From positions 1 to 53,615 of the forward strand of contig DASPQG010000041.1 in NCBI GenBank assembly GCA_035625085.1: a stretch of DNA of 53,615 nucleotides, written 5' to 3'. Made by a program: the position numbers and the translations under genes. Shown in pieces: positions 27,065-35,039 of the stretch (the stretch's first letter is position 1; every line of letters starts with the position of its first letter). Below the pieces are notes generated by a model that did not search any database, had not been told where the DNA came from, and saw nothing but the letters and a program-made list of their open reading frames with translations. Origin of the DNA: Thermoplasmata archaeon. Its GTDB lineage: Archaea > Thermoplasmatota > Thermoplasmata > Lutacidiplasmatales > UBA184.

Positions 27065-27685
27065 ATGGCACCGATGAAACGAAAGTATCGAACGATCTAC
27101 CTTGTGACGGCGGCGCTGATGGTCGCCATGATCGGTGGCTACGCGCTGGCTGCGACCTCGCTGACTCCGGGCCCCAACCAAGGAACGAACGTGATCACCT
27201 CCCCGACATCGGGGTTCGGCCTCGTTTCGATCTCCTCGGAGCAACTGGTCATTCTGACCACGCCGATGTCGACTGCCACCGTTGCGGGTAACCAGACCGG
27301 TACGGTCGCGCTCTACGGAACCACCTGGCGGCTCGCCATCTGCGCCGCGGCCCCCTGTGTGCCGCAGAACTTCCGACCGGTGAGTCCCGCCACGCCGGTC
27401 GTCGGTGACTACGCCGAGCAGTTCGTCCTCTCCGTCACGCAGCCGACCCCCGCGAGCGGCCAGGCCGCTGGATTCGACTTCTCGATCACCATTGTCTACG
27501 AACTGAACGGCGTGCCCCCGACCAGCACCGCAGTGTTCCAGGGCTACCTCGCGACGGGGGCCAGCGCTGCCGCCCCGACGATCCCGGTGTTCCTGTTCAT
27601 GGACCTCGGGACGACCACGCCGTTGACCATCACCACGATCTCGACAATCATCAACCAGTGCTCGAGCACCACCAACTGCCCTTAG
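27065..27685 (+). CDS. secreted protein, paralog A of an uncharacterised four-Cys family (ends ...INQCSSTTNCP)
   Basis: Signal peptide ...AALMVAMIGGYALA/ATS. Homologous to the next gene in blocks GDYAEQFVLSVTQP..GFDFSITIV and FMDLGTTTP...NQCSSTTNCP. AAGGTGA SD lies 4 nt upstream. Confidence 0.6.
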   Translation: MAPMKRKYRTIYLVTAALMVAMIGGYALAATSLTPGPNQGTNVITSPTSGFGLVSISSEQLVILTTPMSTATVAGNQTGTVALYGTTWRLAICAAAPCVPQNFRPVSPATPVVGDYAEQFVLSVTQPTPASGQAAGFDFSITIVYELNGVPPTSTAVFQGYLATGASAAAPTIPVFLFMDLGTTTPLTITTISTIINQCSSTTNCP

Positions 27686-27747
27686 CTAAGGAGCAATCAC
27701 TGCGTCATTCGGATCGCGAAAACCAGTCTCGGAACCATTTCCCCGGT

Positions 27748-27776
27748 TTCACGGGGCGGAACCACCGCCCCGTGAA
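27748..27776 (+). terminator. perfect 12-bp stem / 5-nt loop hairpin (TTCACGGGGCGG-AACCA-CCGCCCCGTGAA) between paralog A and paralog B
   Basis: Read directly from the sequence. No downstream T run, so it may be an attenuator or stability element rather than a full terminator. Confidence 0.35.
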
Positions 27777-27843
27777 GACCTTCCGGATCGACCCGGGGTA
27801 GGCACGCCGCCTCGGTCGAACGGACGCGAAAGGAAACTCGCCC

Positions 27844-28434
27844 ATGCGGAGGCCCTGCGGGCTGCGGCATTGGTTCGGCCTGGCACTGCTCTGCCTGCTC
27901 TTCCTGCTCCCTTCGACGGCTTGCGCCGCCACTACGATTCACGTGTTCCCGGCCGAACCCTACTACCTCGTGCGGCTCACTCCTCTGCCCGCCCCGCCCG
28001 TGACGATCGGGGCTCATGCCCTGGTGCACTTCGGTGCCGCTCCCGGGTACCCCGCGGGCGGTGTCCAGGGACTGTCCGTGGGGCTCCAGGGGACGACGGT
28101 TGTCCTGCCCGGCTGCATCCGGGCGTGCACGGACCGATACCGCCCCGCCTCGTCGGTCGCGATCGCGGCCGGTCACTACGCGGAGCGAGTGATCTTCACG
28201 GTCACCCAGCCGGGCCACGCGGGTCCGGCGGTCGGATTTGATCTCGAAATCGCCGTCCATCTGACGACGGGGTGGGTGTTCGGAAAGGGGTACTTCTCGA
28301 CCGGTGTCGCGACGTTTCCCGCTGCGTCGACCGTCACACTCCGGATGTACGTCGACCTGGGCACCGCAGCGCCGACGGTGAGCGCCGTAGAGGTGGTGGT
28401 CAACCGGTGCCTCTCGACGACGGGGTGCCCATGA
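27844..28434 (+). CDS. secreted protein, paralog B of the same four-Cys family (ends ...VNRCLSTTGCP)
   Basis: Signal peptide ...LLCLLFLLPSTACA/ATT. Shared blocks GHYAERVIFTVTQP..GFDLEIAV and YVDLGTAAP...NRCLSTTGCP. Confidence 0.6.
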   Translation: MRRPCGLRHWFGLALLCLLFLLPSTACAATTIHVFPAEPYYLVRLTPLPAPPVTIGAHALVHFGAAPGYPAGGVQGLSVGLQGTTVVLPGCIRACTDRYRPASSVAIAAGHYAERVIFTVTQPGHAGPAVGFDLEIAVHLTTGWVFGKGYFSTGVATFPAASTVTLRMYVDLGTAAPTVSAVEVVVNRCLSTTGCP

Positions 28435-28465
28435 ACTTGGGCGGTCCGCCGCTCTCGGAGGTCTC

Positions 28466-29047
28466 TTGACCGCCAGCACCCGTATGGTAACGGCATCCGA
28501 GATGGCGGACCATTGGCGACGTGCTTCGAACCCGCCGGTCGATGAGACTCAGGGGTCCGCCCCCGGCACCGAGACCGAGACCTGGGCCGAGCGGGTCTAC
28601 GGTGCGCTTCCCCTTTTCATCGTGGGTGGGATATGCCTGGTCGTTGCGATCGATCTCTACTACTCGGGCGTCACCACCCAGCTGAACGGCAACACGGTCC
28701 GACTCTCTCCGTGGGTCCTATTCCTTGCGCTCGCGGTGACCGGTATCGCCGCGGGCGTGTTCTCCCTGTTCCTAGAAGAAGCGGCCCTGGCCCCGGCCGA
28801 AGCGGAGGTCGCCGCGAAACCCACCGCGACCCCGGCCCCCGTCTGGGACGAATCGACCGTCGCGCCCACGAAGCCCGCGTACGTCCGTCCCCGAACCTGG
28901 GAGCGGTATCCCGAGTTCCCCGAAGGCGTGGGGTGGTCACCCGCGGAGCCGAGGGTCGAGCGGGTACCGCCGGACGTCGTGCTGATTCAGATCGACGAGA
29001 TCGCCGCTTCGCTCCGGAAGAAGACGCCCCCGCCCAGCTCGCCCTGA
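28466..29047 (+). CDS. two-TM membrane protein with Pro/Ala-rich C-terminal tail
   Basis: 193 aa. TTG start lies 3 nt after a GGAGGT SD (28457-28462). TM segments LPLFIVGGICLVVAIDLYY and WVLFLALAVTGIAAGVFSLFL. Confidence 0.5.
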   Translation: MTASTRMVTASEMADHWRRASNPPVDETQGSAPGTETETWAERVYGALPLFIVGGICLVVAIDLYYSGVTTQLNGNTVRLSPWVLFLALAVTGIAAGVFSLFLEEAALAPAEAEVAAKPTATPAPVWDESTVAPTKPAYVRPRTWERYPEFPEGVGWSPAEPRVERVPPDVVLIQIDEIAASLRKKTPPPSSP

Positions 29048-29103
29048 CGGATCGTTCGAACCTCGGGTCCTGGCCTCCGTGCGGCGACCTTCCGCCGTCG
29101 GCC

Positions 29104-29114
29104 GGATTATATCG
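29104..29114 (+). promoter_or_regulatory. TATA box GGATTATATCG upstream of the uORF/PiT unit
   Basis: First T lies 32 nt upstream of ATG 29139. Confidence 0.45.
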
Positions 29115-29138
29115 TTCGGCTGGCCTCGGGAGCCCCCG

Positions 29139-29222
29139 ATGCTCGCCCGGATTCGCCCATCGTCCCCGGCGGGTTCCGACGCGGTCGGCCGACGGAGGCC
29201 GGTGCCCGGGGAGGACTCCTGA
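29139..29222 (+). CDS. candidate 27-codon leaderless upstream ORF preceding the PiT gene
   Basis: ATG 29139 lies 32 nt after the first T of the GGATTATATCG box (29104-29114). Product is MLARIRPSSPAGSDAVGRRRPVPGEDS. Its TGA (29220-29222) overlaps CTG 29219 of the PiT frame. Confidence 0.3.
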   Translation: MLARIRPSSPAGSDAVGRRRPVPGEDS

Positions 29223-30184
29223 CGCTCACCGCCGACCTGCTGGTCGCGGCCGCGTTTGGGTTCGCCGTCAGCATCGGGGCTCACTATACCGGCGCGTGCA
29301 TGGGCATGCCGTACGCCGCGGGTGCGATCCGCCCCTGGCACGCCTTGCTGCTGATGGCCCCTCTCGCACTCGTCGGGGCGGCGTTCGCGAGCGGAGCGGT
29401 CGAAACGACCGTCGGCCACGGCATCCTCGGTGGGGGAACCGTAGCGCTGGGAGTGGCCCTCGCGATTGTCGTGAGTGCTCTCGCCCTCACGAGCGCCTAC
29501 AACTTCCTGACGATTCCGACCTCCACGATCCAGATCCTGGTCTTCTCCGCGGTCGGCGTAGGCCTCGCGGCCGGACTCGCGGTCCATTGGACGACAATCG
29601 TCTCTCTCGTGGTGCTCTGGGCGAGCGCCCCGTTCGCGGCGTTCGCGCTGGGGTTCCTCTTCGTCCGGGCGGCCGACCGCCATCGTCCCCCGAAGGCGAC
29701 GGGGAATCGTCTCACCCGTACCGCGATCTTCGGGCTCGTCGGGGTCGGCGCCGCCGCGTCGTTCGCGATGGGGGCGAACGACGTCTCGAACGCGTCGGGC
29801 GCCCTCGTCATGACGGGGCTGTTCGGCCTCTTCCTCGCCGGCCTGGTGGGAGGCGCCGGGCTCGCCCTCGGGGTCCTGACGTGGGGCCGCCCGCTTCTCC
29901 AGCGGGTCGCCTTCGACCTGGTCGAGCTCGATCCGAGGATGGCGACCGCCTCGCAACTCGCGCAGTCGACCGTGATCCTCGTTTCCGTGGCGTTCGGTCT
30001 CTTCACCTCGATGAACCAAGCTCTGGTGGGGGCGATGATCGGCGCGGGGCTCGCCCGCAAGCGGTCCACCGTCCTCTGGAAGCCGATCCGCAGCATCCTG
30101 CTTGGCTGGAGCGTGGGCCCGGTCTCGGGCTTCTCGCTAGGCTTCGCCTTGGCCTGGGGGCTAGCGCAGCTCCACTGGTTGTGA
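29219..30184 (+). CDS. PiT/PHO4-family inorganic phosphate (or sulfate) transporter
   Basis: Signature FAMGANDVSNASGA in the second half and a degenerate first repeat, SIGAHYTGACMG. The first ATG/GTG/TTG in frame is 29300, inside that repeat and after TM1. I therefore place the N terminus at CTG 29219, 4 nt after GGAGG (29210-29214). A conservative call is 29300-30184. Confidence 0.65.
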   Translation: MTLTADLLVAAAFGFAVSIGAHYTGACMGMPYAAGAIRPWHALLLMAPLALVGAAFASGAVETTVGHGILGGGTVALGVALAIVVSALALTSAYNFLTIPTSTIQILVFSAVGVGLAAGLAVHWTTIVSLVVLWASAPFAAFALGFLFVRAADRHRPPKATGNRLTRTAIFGLVGVGAAASFAMGANDVSNASGALVMTGLFGLFLAGLVGGAGLALGVLTWGRPLLQRVAFDLVELDPRMATASQLAQSTVILVSVAFGLFTSMNQALVGAMIGAGLARKRSTVLWKPIRSILLGWSVGPVSGFSLGFALAWGLAQLHWL

Positions 30185-30274
30185 TCCCACGGCGAGTCCG
30201 CGACCGGGAAGTTACCTGCCCGTTCCCTCCCCTTTAAGTAACCAAAGGTAATTGAATAGTCCGAGGTAACGTTG

Positions 30275-31150
30275 ATGACCGACCCCGTACGTTCCATTGC
30301 ACACCGCTTCCCGGGCGTCCCTACGATAGAGGGCGCGGGCGTGTGGCTCCGCCGATCGTTTTCGAACAATGAAGTGCCGCTCTTCGACCCGTTCCTCCTG
30401 CTCGACCGGTTCGGCTCGTCGAACCCCGAGGACTACCTGGCCGGATTCCCCTGGCACCCCCACCGGGGCATCGAGACCGTGACGTACGTGCTCGATGGCC
30501 GGGTGGAGCATGGGGACACGCTCGGCAACGCCGGGGTGATCGGTCCGGGTGACGTCCAGTGGATGAACTCGGGGAGCGGCATCGTCCACCAGGAGATGCC
30601 GAAGCGAACCGAAGGGACGATGTCCGGCTTCCAGCTCTGGGTGAACCTTCCGGCCAAGGAGAAGATGTCGACCCCCGCCTACCGGGGCCTCACCCGCGCG
30701 GACTTCCCGGAAGTGACCACTGATAACGGCACCCGCGTGAGGGTGGTCGCGGGCTCGTTCGGCGGTAGCGAAGGGCCGGTGACAGGGATTCCCGTCGACC
30801 CCACGTACCTCGACGTGACGGTTCCCGCCGGTGCCCCGTTCGAGCTCACTCCCCCGAACGGCCACACGGCGTTCGCTCACGCGATCAGCGGGACCGTTCG
30901 GTTTGACGGCCACGACCGGGAACCGGTCTCGGCCGGGGAGACCGCCCTGTTCGGCCCCGGGGGAGCCGTTCGGGCGGAGGCGCTCGAGTCGGACGCTCGG
31001 TTCCTCCTGGTGAGCGGCCGCCCGCTTAACGAACCGGTGGCCTGGTACGGCCCGATCGTGATGAACACTCAGGCCCAGCTGCTCGAGGCCGTCCGCGAGC
31101 TCCGCGGCGGGGATTTCATCAAGCACCGACGCCCGATCGTCGAGGAGTGA
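30275..31150 (+). CDS. pirin-family protein
   Basis: GFPWHPHRGIETVTYVLDGRVEHGD is the pirin cupin motif. TTG 30272 is an alternative start. Confidence 0.8.
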   Translation: MTDPVRSIAHRFPGVPTIEGAGVWLRRSFSNNEVPLFDPFLLLDRFGSSNPEDYLAGFPWHPHRGIETVTYVLDGRVEHGDTLGNAGVIGPGDVQWMNSGSGIVHQEMPKRTEGTMSGFQLWVNLPAKEKMSTPAYRGLTRADFPEVTTDNGTRVRVVAGSFGGSEGPVTGIPVDPTYLDVTVPAGAPFELTPPNGHTAFAHAISGTVRFDGHDREPVSAGETALFGPGGAVRAEALESDARFLLVSGRPLNEPVAWYGPIVMNTQAQLLEAVRELRGGDFIKHRRPIVEE

Positions 31151-31158
31151 TCGGTCCA

Positions 31159-31196
31159 GGCGCCCGTTCCGGGGCGCCGGGCCGGTGCCACTTTTT
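31159..31196 (+). terminator. hairpin GGCGCCC-gttccg-GGGCGCC followed by T5, downstream of the pirin gene
   Basis: 7-bp GC stem at 31159-31178 and TTTTT at 31192-31196. Confidence 0.5.
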
Positions 31197-31212
31197 GAAA
31201 AGACGACATAAC

Positions 31213-31221
31213 GGTTAAATC
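31213..31221 (+). promoter_or_regulatory. TATA box GGTTAAATC for the NiCoT-nikR operon
   Basis: First T lies 29 nt upstream of ATG 31244. Confidence 0.5.
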
Positions 31222-31243
31222 TCGACCGCTCCTCGGTCGTCGG

Positions 31244-32353
31244 ATGGGGGCGACCCTCGTCCCGGAATCGCCGGCCGGTGACCTCCGCCTGCGCCCGGTC
31301 GAGATCCTGAAGATGGGGGCGATCTACGGCGCGCTCGCCCTCGCGACCGTCCTTGCGTTCGCCGGCGCCTTCGCCTACCTCCCCCACCACTTCTCGGGAG
31401 AGATCACCGGCGGAGCGCTCCTCTTCACCGGACTCGCGATCACCGCCTACATCCTCGGGATCCGTCACGGGTTCGACGCCGACCACATCGCGGCGATCGA
31501 CAACACCACTCGGAAGCTCCTCAACGACGGAAAGCGCCCCCTCACGGTCGGCACATGGTTCTCGCTGGGTCACTCGACGATCGTCTGCGGCATGATCGTC
31601 GCCCTCGTGATCGCGACCGAGTTCATCACGCGCCAGTACAACGCCTTCGCTTCGGTCGGCGCGGTGCTCGGGACGCTGATCTCGGGGGTCTTCCTGTTCC
31701 TGATCGGCATCGTGAACGTGATCATCGTACTCGAGGTCTATCGGATGTTCCGGGGGGTCCGGGACGGGAAGCTCGACCAGAAGGCGCTCGACGAGCAGAT
31801 GCTGAAGCGCGGCTTCCTCAATCGGATCTTCGGTCGGTTCTTCAGGATCGTCCAGGAGCCCTGGCAGATCTACCCGATCGGTGTGCTGTTCGGCCTCGGG
31901 TTCGACACCGCGACCGAGGTGCTGATCATCGGCCTCACGGTCGTGGTGGCGACGGCCGGAGCGATCCCGATCTGGGCCGTTCTGTTCCTGCCGCTCCTCT
32001 TCACCTGCGGCATGGTGCTCTCCGACACCACCGACGGGTTCGCGATGCGCTACGCGTACGGCTGGGCGTTCAATCACCCGATCCGGAAGATCTTCTACAA
32101 CCTCACGCTCACGGTGATCTCGGTGCTCGTCGCCTTCGCCATCGGCGGTGTCGAGCTCCTCCAGGTCATCTCGACGGAGTTCGGTTGGGGCGGACCGTTC
32201 TGGAGCTGGCTCGACAACCTCAACTTCGAGGCGCTCGGGATCGGTATCGTCATCCTGTTCGTCGGGAGCTGGTGCATCGCGATGGCGATCTACCACGTCA
32301 AGGGATACGAGAAGGTCGGCTGGGGGCCGTCCGAACCTCCGGTGCGCGCCTGA
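31244..32353 (+). CDS. NiCoT-family nickel/cobalt permease (HoxN/NixA type)
   Basis: Signature RHGFDADHIAAIDNTTRKL in TM2. ATG lies 29 nt after the first T of GGTTAAATC (31213-31221). Confidence 0.8.
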   Translation: MGATLVPESPAGDLRLRPVEILKMGAIYGALALATVLAFAGAFAYLPHHFSGEITGGALLFTGLAITAYILGIRHGFDADHIAAIDNTTRKLLNDGKRPLTVGTWFSLGHSTIVCGMIVALVIATEFITRQYNAFASVGAVLGTLISGVFLFLIGIVNVIIVLEVYRMFRGVRDGKLDQKALDEQMLKRGFLNRIFGRFFRIVQEPWQIYPIGVLFGLGFDTATEVLIIGLTVVVATAGAIPIWAVLFLPLLFTCGMVLSDTTDGFAMRYAYGWAFNHPIRKIFYNLTLTVISVLVAFAIGGVELLQVISTEFGWGGPFWSWLDNLNFEALGIGIVILFVGSWCIAMAIYHVKGYEKVGWGPSEPPVRA

Positions 32354-32375
32354 CCGGTGAGGGGCCGGAGCGTCG

Positions 32376-32834
32376 ATGCCGCACAAGGTCGTCCGGACGG
32401 GAGTGTCCCTCGAACCCGAGCTGCTCGAGTTGCTCGACGGCTGGGTCGCGGAGCGGAACAGCGGGAGCCGTTCGGAGGCGATCCGGGCGCTGATCCGTAA
32501 GGAGCTCGCGCACCGGGAGCTCACCGACCCCGATTCGGACGCCCTGGGCGTGGTCGCGCTACTCTATCGGCACGACACCCCGAACGTGCTGCGTCGTCTC
32601 ACCGCCGCCGAGCATCGCTGGGGCGAGCACGTCCGCTCGACGACGCACGTGCACCTCGAGGGGGACGCCTGCGCCGAGGTGGTGCTGCTCACCGGCCGCC
32701 GGCGCGAGATCGAGCGCGCGGCGGAGGACCTACGGGGGGTCAAAGGCGTCCGGGACGGGGGCTGGCTCGTCACGGCTCCGGCCGTCGCGGGAGGCCGGAC
32801 CGGTCACCATCACCCGCACGGCGGTCGACGGTGA
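32376..32834 (+). CDS. nikR: nickel-responsive regulator NikR (ribbon-helix-helix plus metal-binding domain)
   Basis: N-terminal RHH VVRTGVSLEPELLELLDGWVAERNSGSRSEAIRALIRKEL. C-terminal HVHLEGDACAEVVLLTG resembles the NikR high-affinity Ni site. Confidence 0.75.
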   Translation: MPHKVVRTGVSLEPELLELLDGWVAERNSGSRSEAIRALIRKELAHRELTDPDSDALGVVALLYRHDTPNVLRRLTAAEHRWGEHVRSTTHVHLEGDACAEVVLLTGRRREIERAAEDLRGVKGVRDGGWLVTAPAVAGGRTGHHHPHGGRR

Positions 32835-33946
32835 AGCGCCGAAGGCGCCCCTCCGACGAGGACCGGCTCGCCCGGATGGTGCTCGGCCGGTGCCTCGGGG
32901 TCCGCCCCGGGGAGACGGTCACGATCGAGACCTGGAACCATGCTCTTCCCTGGGCGCGGGCGTTCGTCCTCGAAGCCCGTCGCCGCGGCTGCGAACCGAC
33001 GCTGGTGGTCGAGGATGAGGAGGCGTTCTTCCGTTCCGTCGCTTCGACGCGGGCGCGTTGGGTCCCGGGCGCCCCCGCGGCCTTGGCCGAAGTGAGCGAC
33101 GCGTACGTCTACTTCCCGGGCCCGGAGCAGTTCCCCCGTCTCCTCGGGCTCTCGAACGACGAGCTCGAGTCGTTGGTCGACCGACACGGTCCCGCCTGGT
33201 GGCGAGCCGCCCGGCGGTCCGGGCTGCGCGCCGCCCGCGTCACGGTTGCCTCCGCGACGTCGACCGCGGCGACCCGATTCGGCGTGGACCGGGACGCGTG
33301 GGAACGGGAGCTCCTGCGAGCGAGCCTCGTTCCGCCGGACCGACTCGCCCGGGCCGCCGCGCGGCTGGTCCATCGGCTCCGACGGGCCCGGGAGGTCCGC
33401 GTGCACCATCCGAACGGCAGCGACCTCACCGTCGAGCTCGCCAGATCCCCGCCGATCGTCGAGGACGGGCGGGTCGACCGGGCCGACCGGCGCGCCGGTC
33501 ACCTCTGGACCCAGATCCCGACGGGCGTCGTGGTGGTCCCGCTGGCCCTCGGGGGGGCCGAAGGCGAGTGGGAATCGAACCGGGAGACGTACGACCGGTT
33601 CTCCGATCCCCCGGTCATGGCCGGCGCCCGCTTCTCGTTCCGTCGTGGGCGGCTCACGGAGTATTCCTTCGACCGCGGCGGGGCGGCGTTCGCGCGGGCG
33701 TACGCCCGTGGCGGTCGCGGCCGAGAGCTCCCCGGAGCGCTCACCTTCGGGATCAATCCGGCGAATCCCCGCGCTCCCGAGGTCGACGAGGTCGCCGCCG
33801 GAACCGTGGGGCTCTTGCTCGGCGGGAACCGCTCGGTTGGCGGCCGGAATCGCTCGCGTCTCACCTATCTTTCCACGCTCGCGGAGGCGAGCGTGGAGCT
33901 GGATGGCGAGCCGTTCCTCGAATCCGGCACCCTCGTGTCGGGTTAG
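32831..33946 (+). CDS. M29-family (aminopeptidase T/PepS-like) aminopeptidase
   Basis: GTGA overlap with nikR. N-terminal LARMVLGRCLGVRPGETVTIET..ARAFVLEARRRGCEPTLVVED and ...HPNGSDLTVEL resemble thermophilic metalloprotease M29. Confidence 0.55.
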   Translation: MKRRRRPSDEDRLARMVLGRCLGVRPGETVTIETWNHALPWARAFVLEARRRGCEPTLVVEDEEAFFRSVASTRARWVPGAPAALAEVSDAYVYFPGPEQFPRLLGLSNDELESLVDRHGPAWWRAARRSGLRAARVTVASATSTAATRFGVDRDAWERELLRASLVPPDRLARAAARLVHRLRRAREVRVHHPNGSDLTVELARSPPIVEDGRVDRADRRAGHLWTQIPTGVVVVPLALGGAEGEWESNRETYDRFSDPPVMAGARFSFRRGRLTEYSFDRGGAAFARAYARGGRGRELPGALTFGINPANPRAPEVDEVAAGTVGLLLGGNRSVGGRNRSRLTYLSTLAEASVELDGEPFLESGTLVSG

Positions 33947-34872
33947 TTCGGGCGCGGTGCCCCGTCAATCCGTCGGGCGAACTCCTTGAGGAGGTTGCCG
34001 GCGACTTCGAGGTGCCGGGCCGAGATCTGCTCGACGTTGACGCCGATCGGCATGGAGAGGTTCTCGGCCCGCGCCATGCGCGTCACGTCCTCCCAGACGG
34101 AGACCGCGAGCTCGACACTTCGGCGAGCGGCGTCGGCCTCCTCCCCCTCCAGGAGGACCCGTTCCGCCGAGTCGGGGAGGTCCGCGCCGAGCCACCGGAC
34201 GAACTCGGCGTCCTCGTCGTCGGCGATCGGGGCGACGCTGAGGAGGACTGCCGCCGGGGGAAGGGACGCCTGGCGACAGAGCAGGTCGTAGCGGAGCAGG
34301 ACCTCGCGGGCAGCCTCCGCGTCGAACAGGAGCTGGGTCGTGAAGAATGCCGCTCCCGCACGGGTCTTCGCGAGCATCCGGTGGGCTTCTCCGGCGCGCT
34401 GGGGGATCGCGATGTTGCCGATCGATCCGCCGGCCGCGGCGAACGTCGCTCGGCAGAGGCGGTCGGCCTCGGCGACCGGGGGCCCGGGATACGGGATGTA
34501 CCGGCTGCTGCCGCCGACCAGCACGACGTGACGGACCCCCCGTTCGACCGTCTCCTGGGCCCACCGCTCGACCGCCGGGATGTCCGGGAGGTGGGCGACG
34601 ACCTTGTTGACGATCACTTCCCGACCCGTTCGGTCAGCAAGGGTCCGAGCGTACGTGCGCGGGTCCCCGGAGCGGTAGTGCGGCTGGCCCTCGTGATTCT
34701 CGTCCACGAGCTCGGGAACGACAATTGCATCGAGGCGAGGGACCGACTCGACGAGCCGAACGACGGCCTCTATCCGTTCGGCGACCCGATGGGCCGGCGT
34801 CCGGGCCGGCGGTGGCACCGACTCGAAGAAGAGCGGGGCCGCGCGGAGCGCTTCAGAGAGGGGACGGGCCAT
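33943..34872 (-). CDS. methylenetetrahydrofolate reductase-like protein
   Basis: LFFESVPPPARTP resembles the MetF FEFFPP motif, and the overall pattern is TIM-barrel-like. ATG 34872 fits the GATTTAACC box (34910-34901) better than GTG 34884. Confidence 0.45.
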   Translation of the reverse strand: MARPLSEALRAAPLFFESVPPPARTPAHRVAERIEAVVRLVESVPRLDAIVVPELVDENHEGQPHYRSGDPRTYARTLADRTGREVIVNKVVAHLPDIPAVERWAQETVERGVRHVVLVGGSSRYIPYPGPPVAEADRLCRATFAAAGGSIGNIAIPQRAGEAHRMLAKTRAGAAFFTTQLLFDAEAAREVLLRYDLLCRQASLPPAAVLLSVAPIADDEDAEFVRWLGADLPDSAERVLLEGEEADAARRSVELAVSVWEDVTRMARAENLSMPIGVNVEQISARHLEVAGNLLKEFARRIDGAPRPN

Positions 34873-35039
34873 GGTCGGCCGCACCGGGCGACGGGGGGTC
34901 GGTTAAATCGTTTCGTGACGCCCGAGACTTGCAGAAGGCGCAACCCGATGGCGCGTGGGACGACCACCAGCCACCTGGCGGGTGACTCCGGCCGATTCGG
35001 GGGAGAGCCTTCTTAACTGTCGGCCTTTCGACGGCCGCT

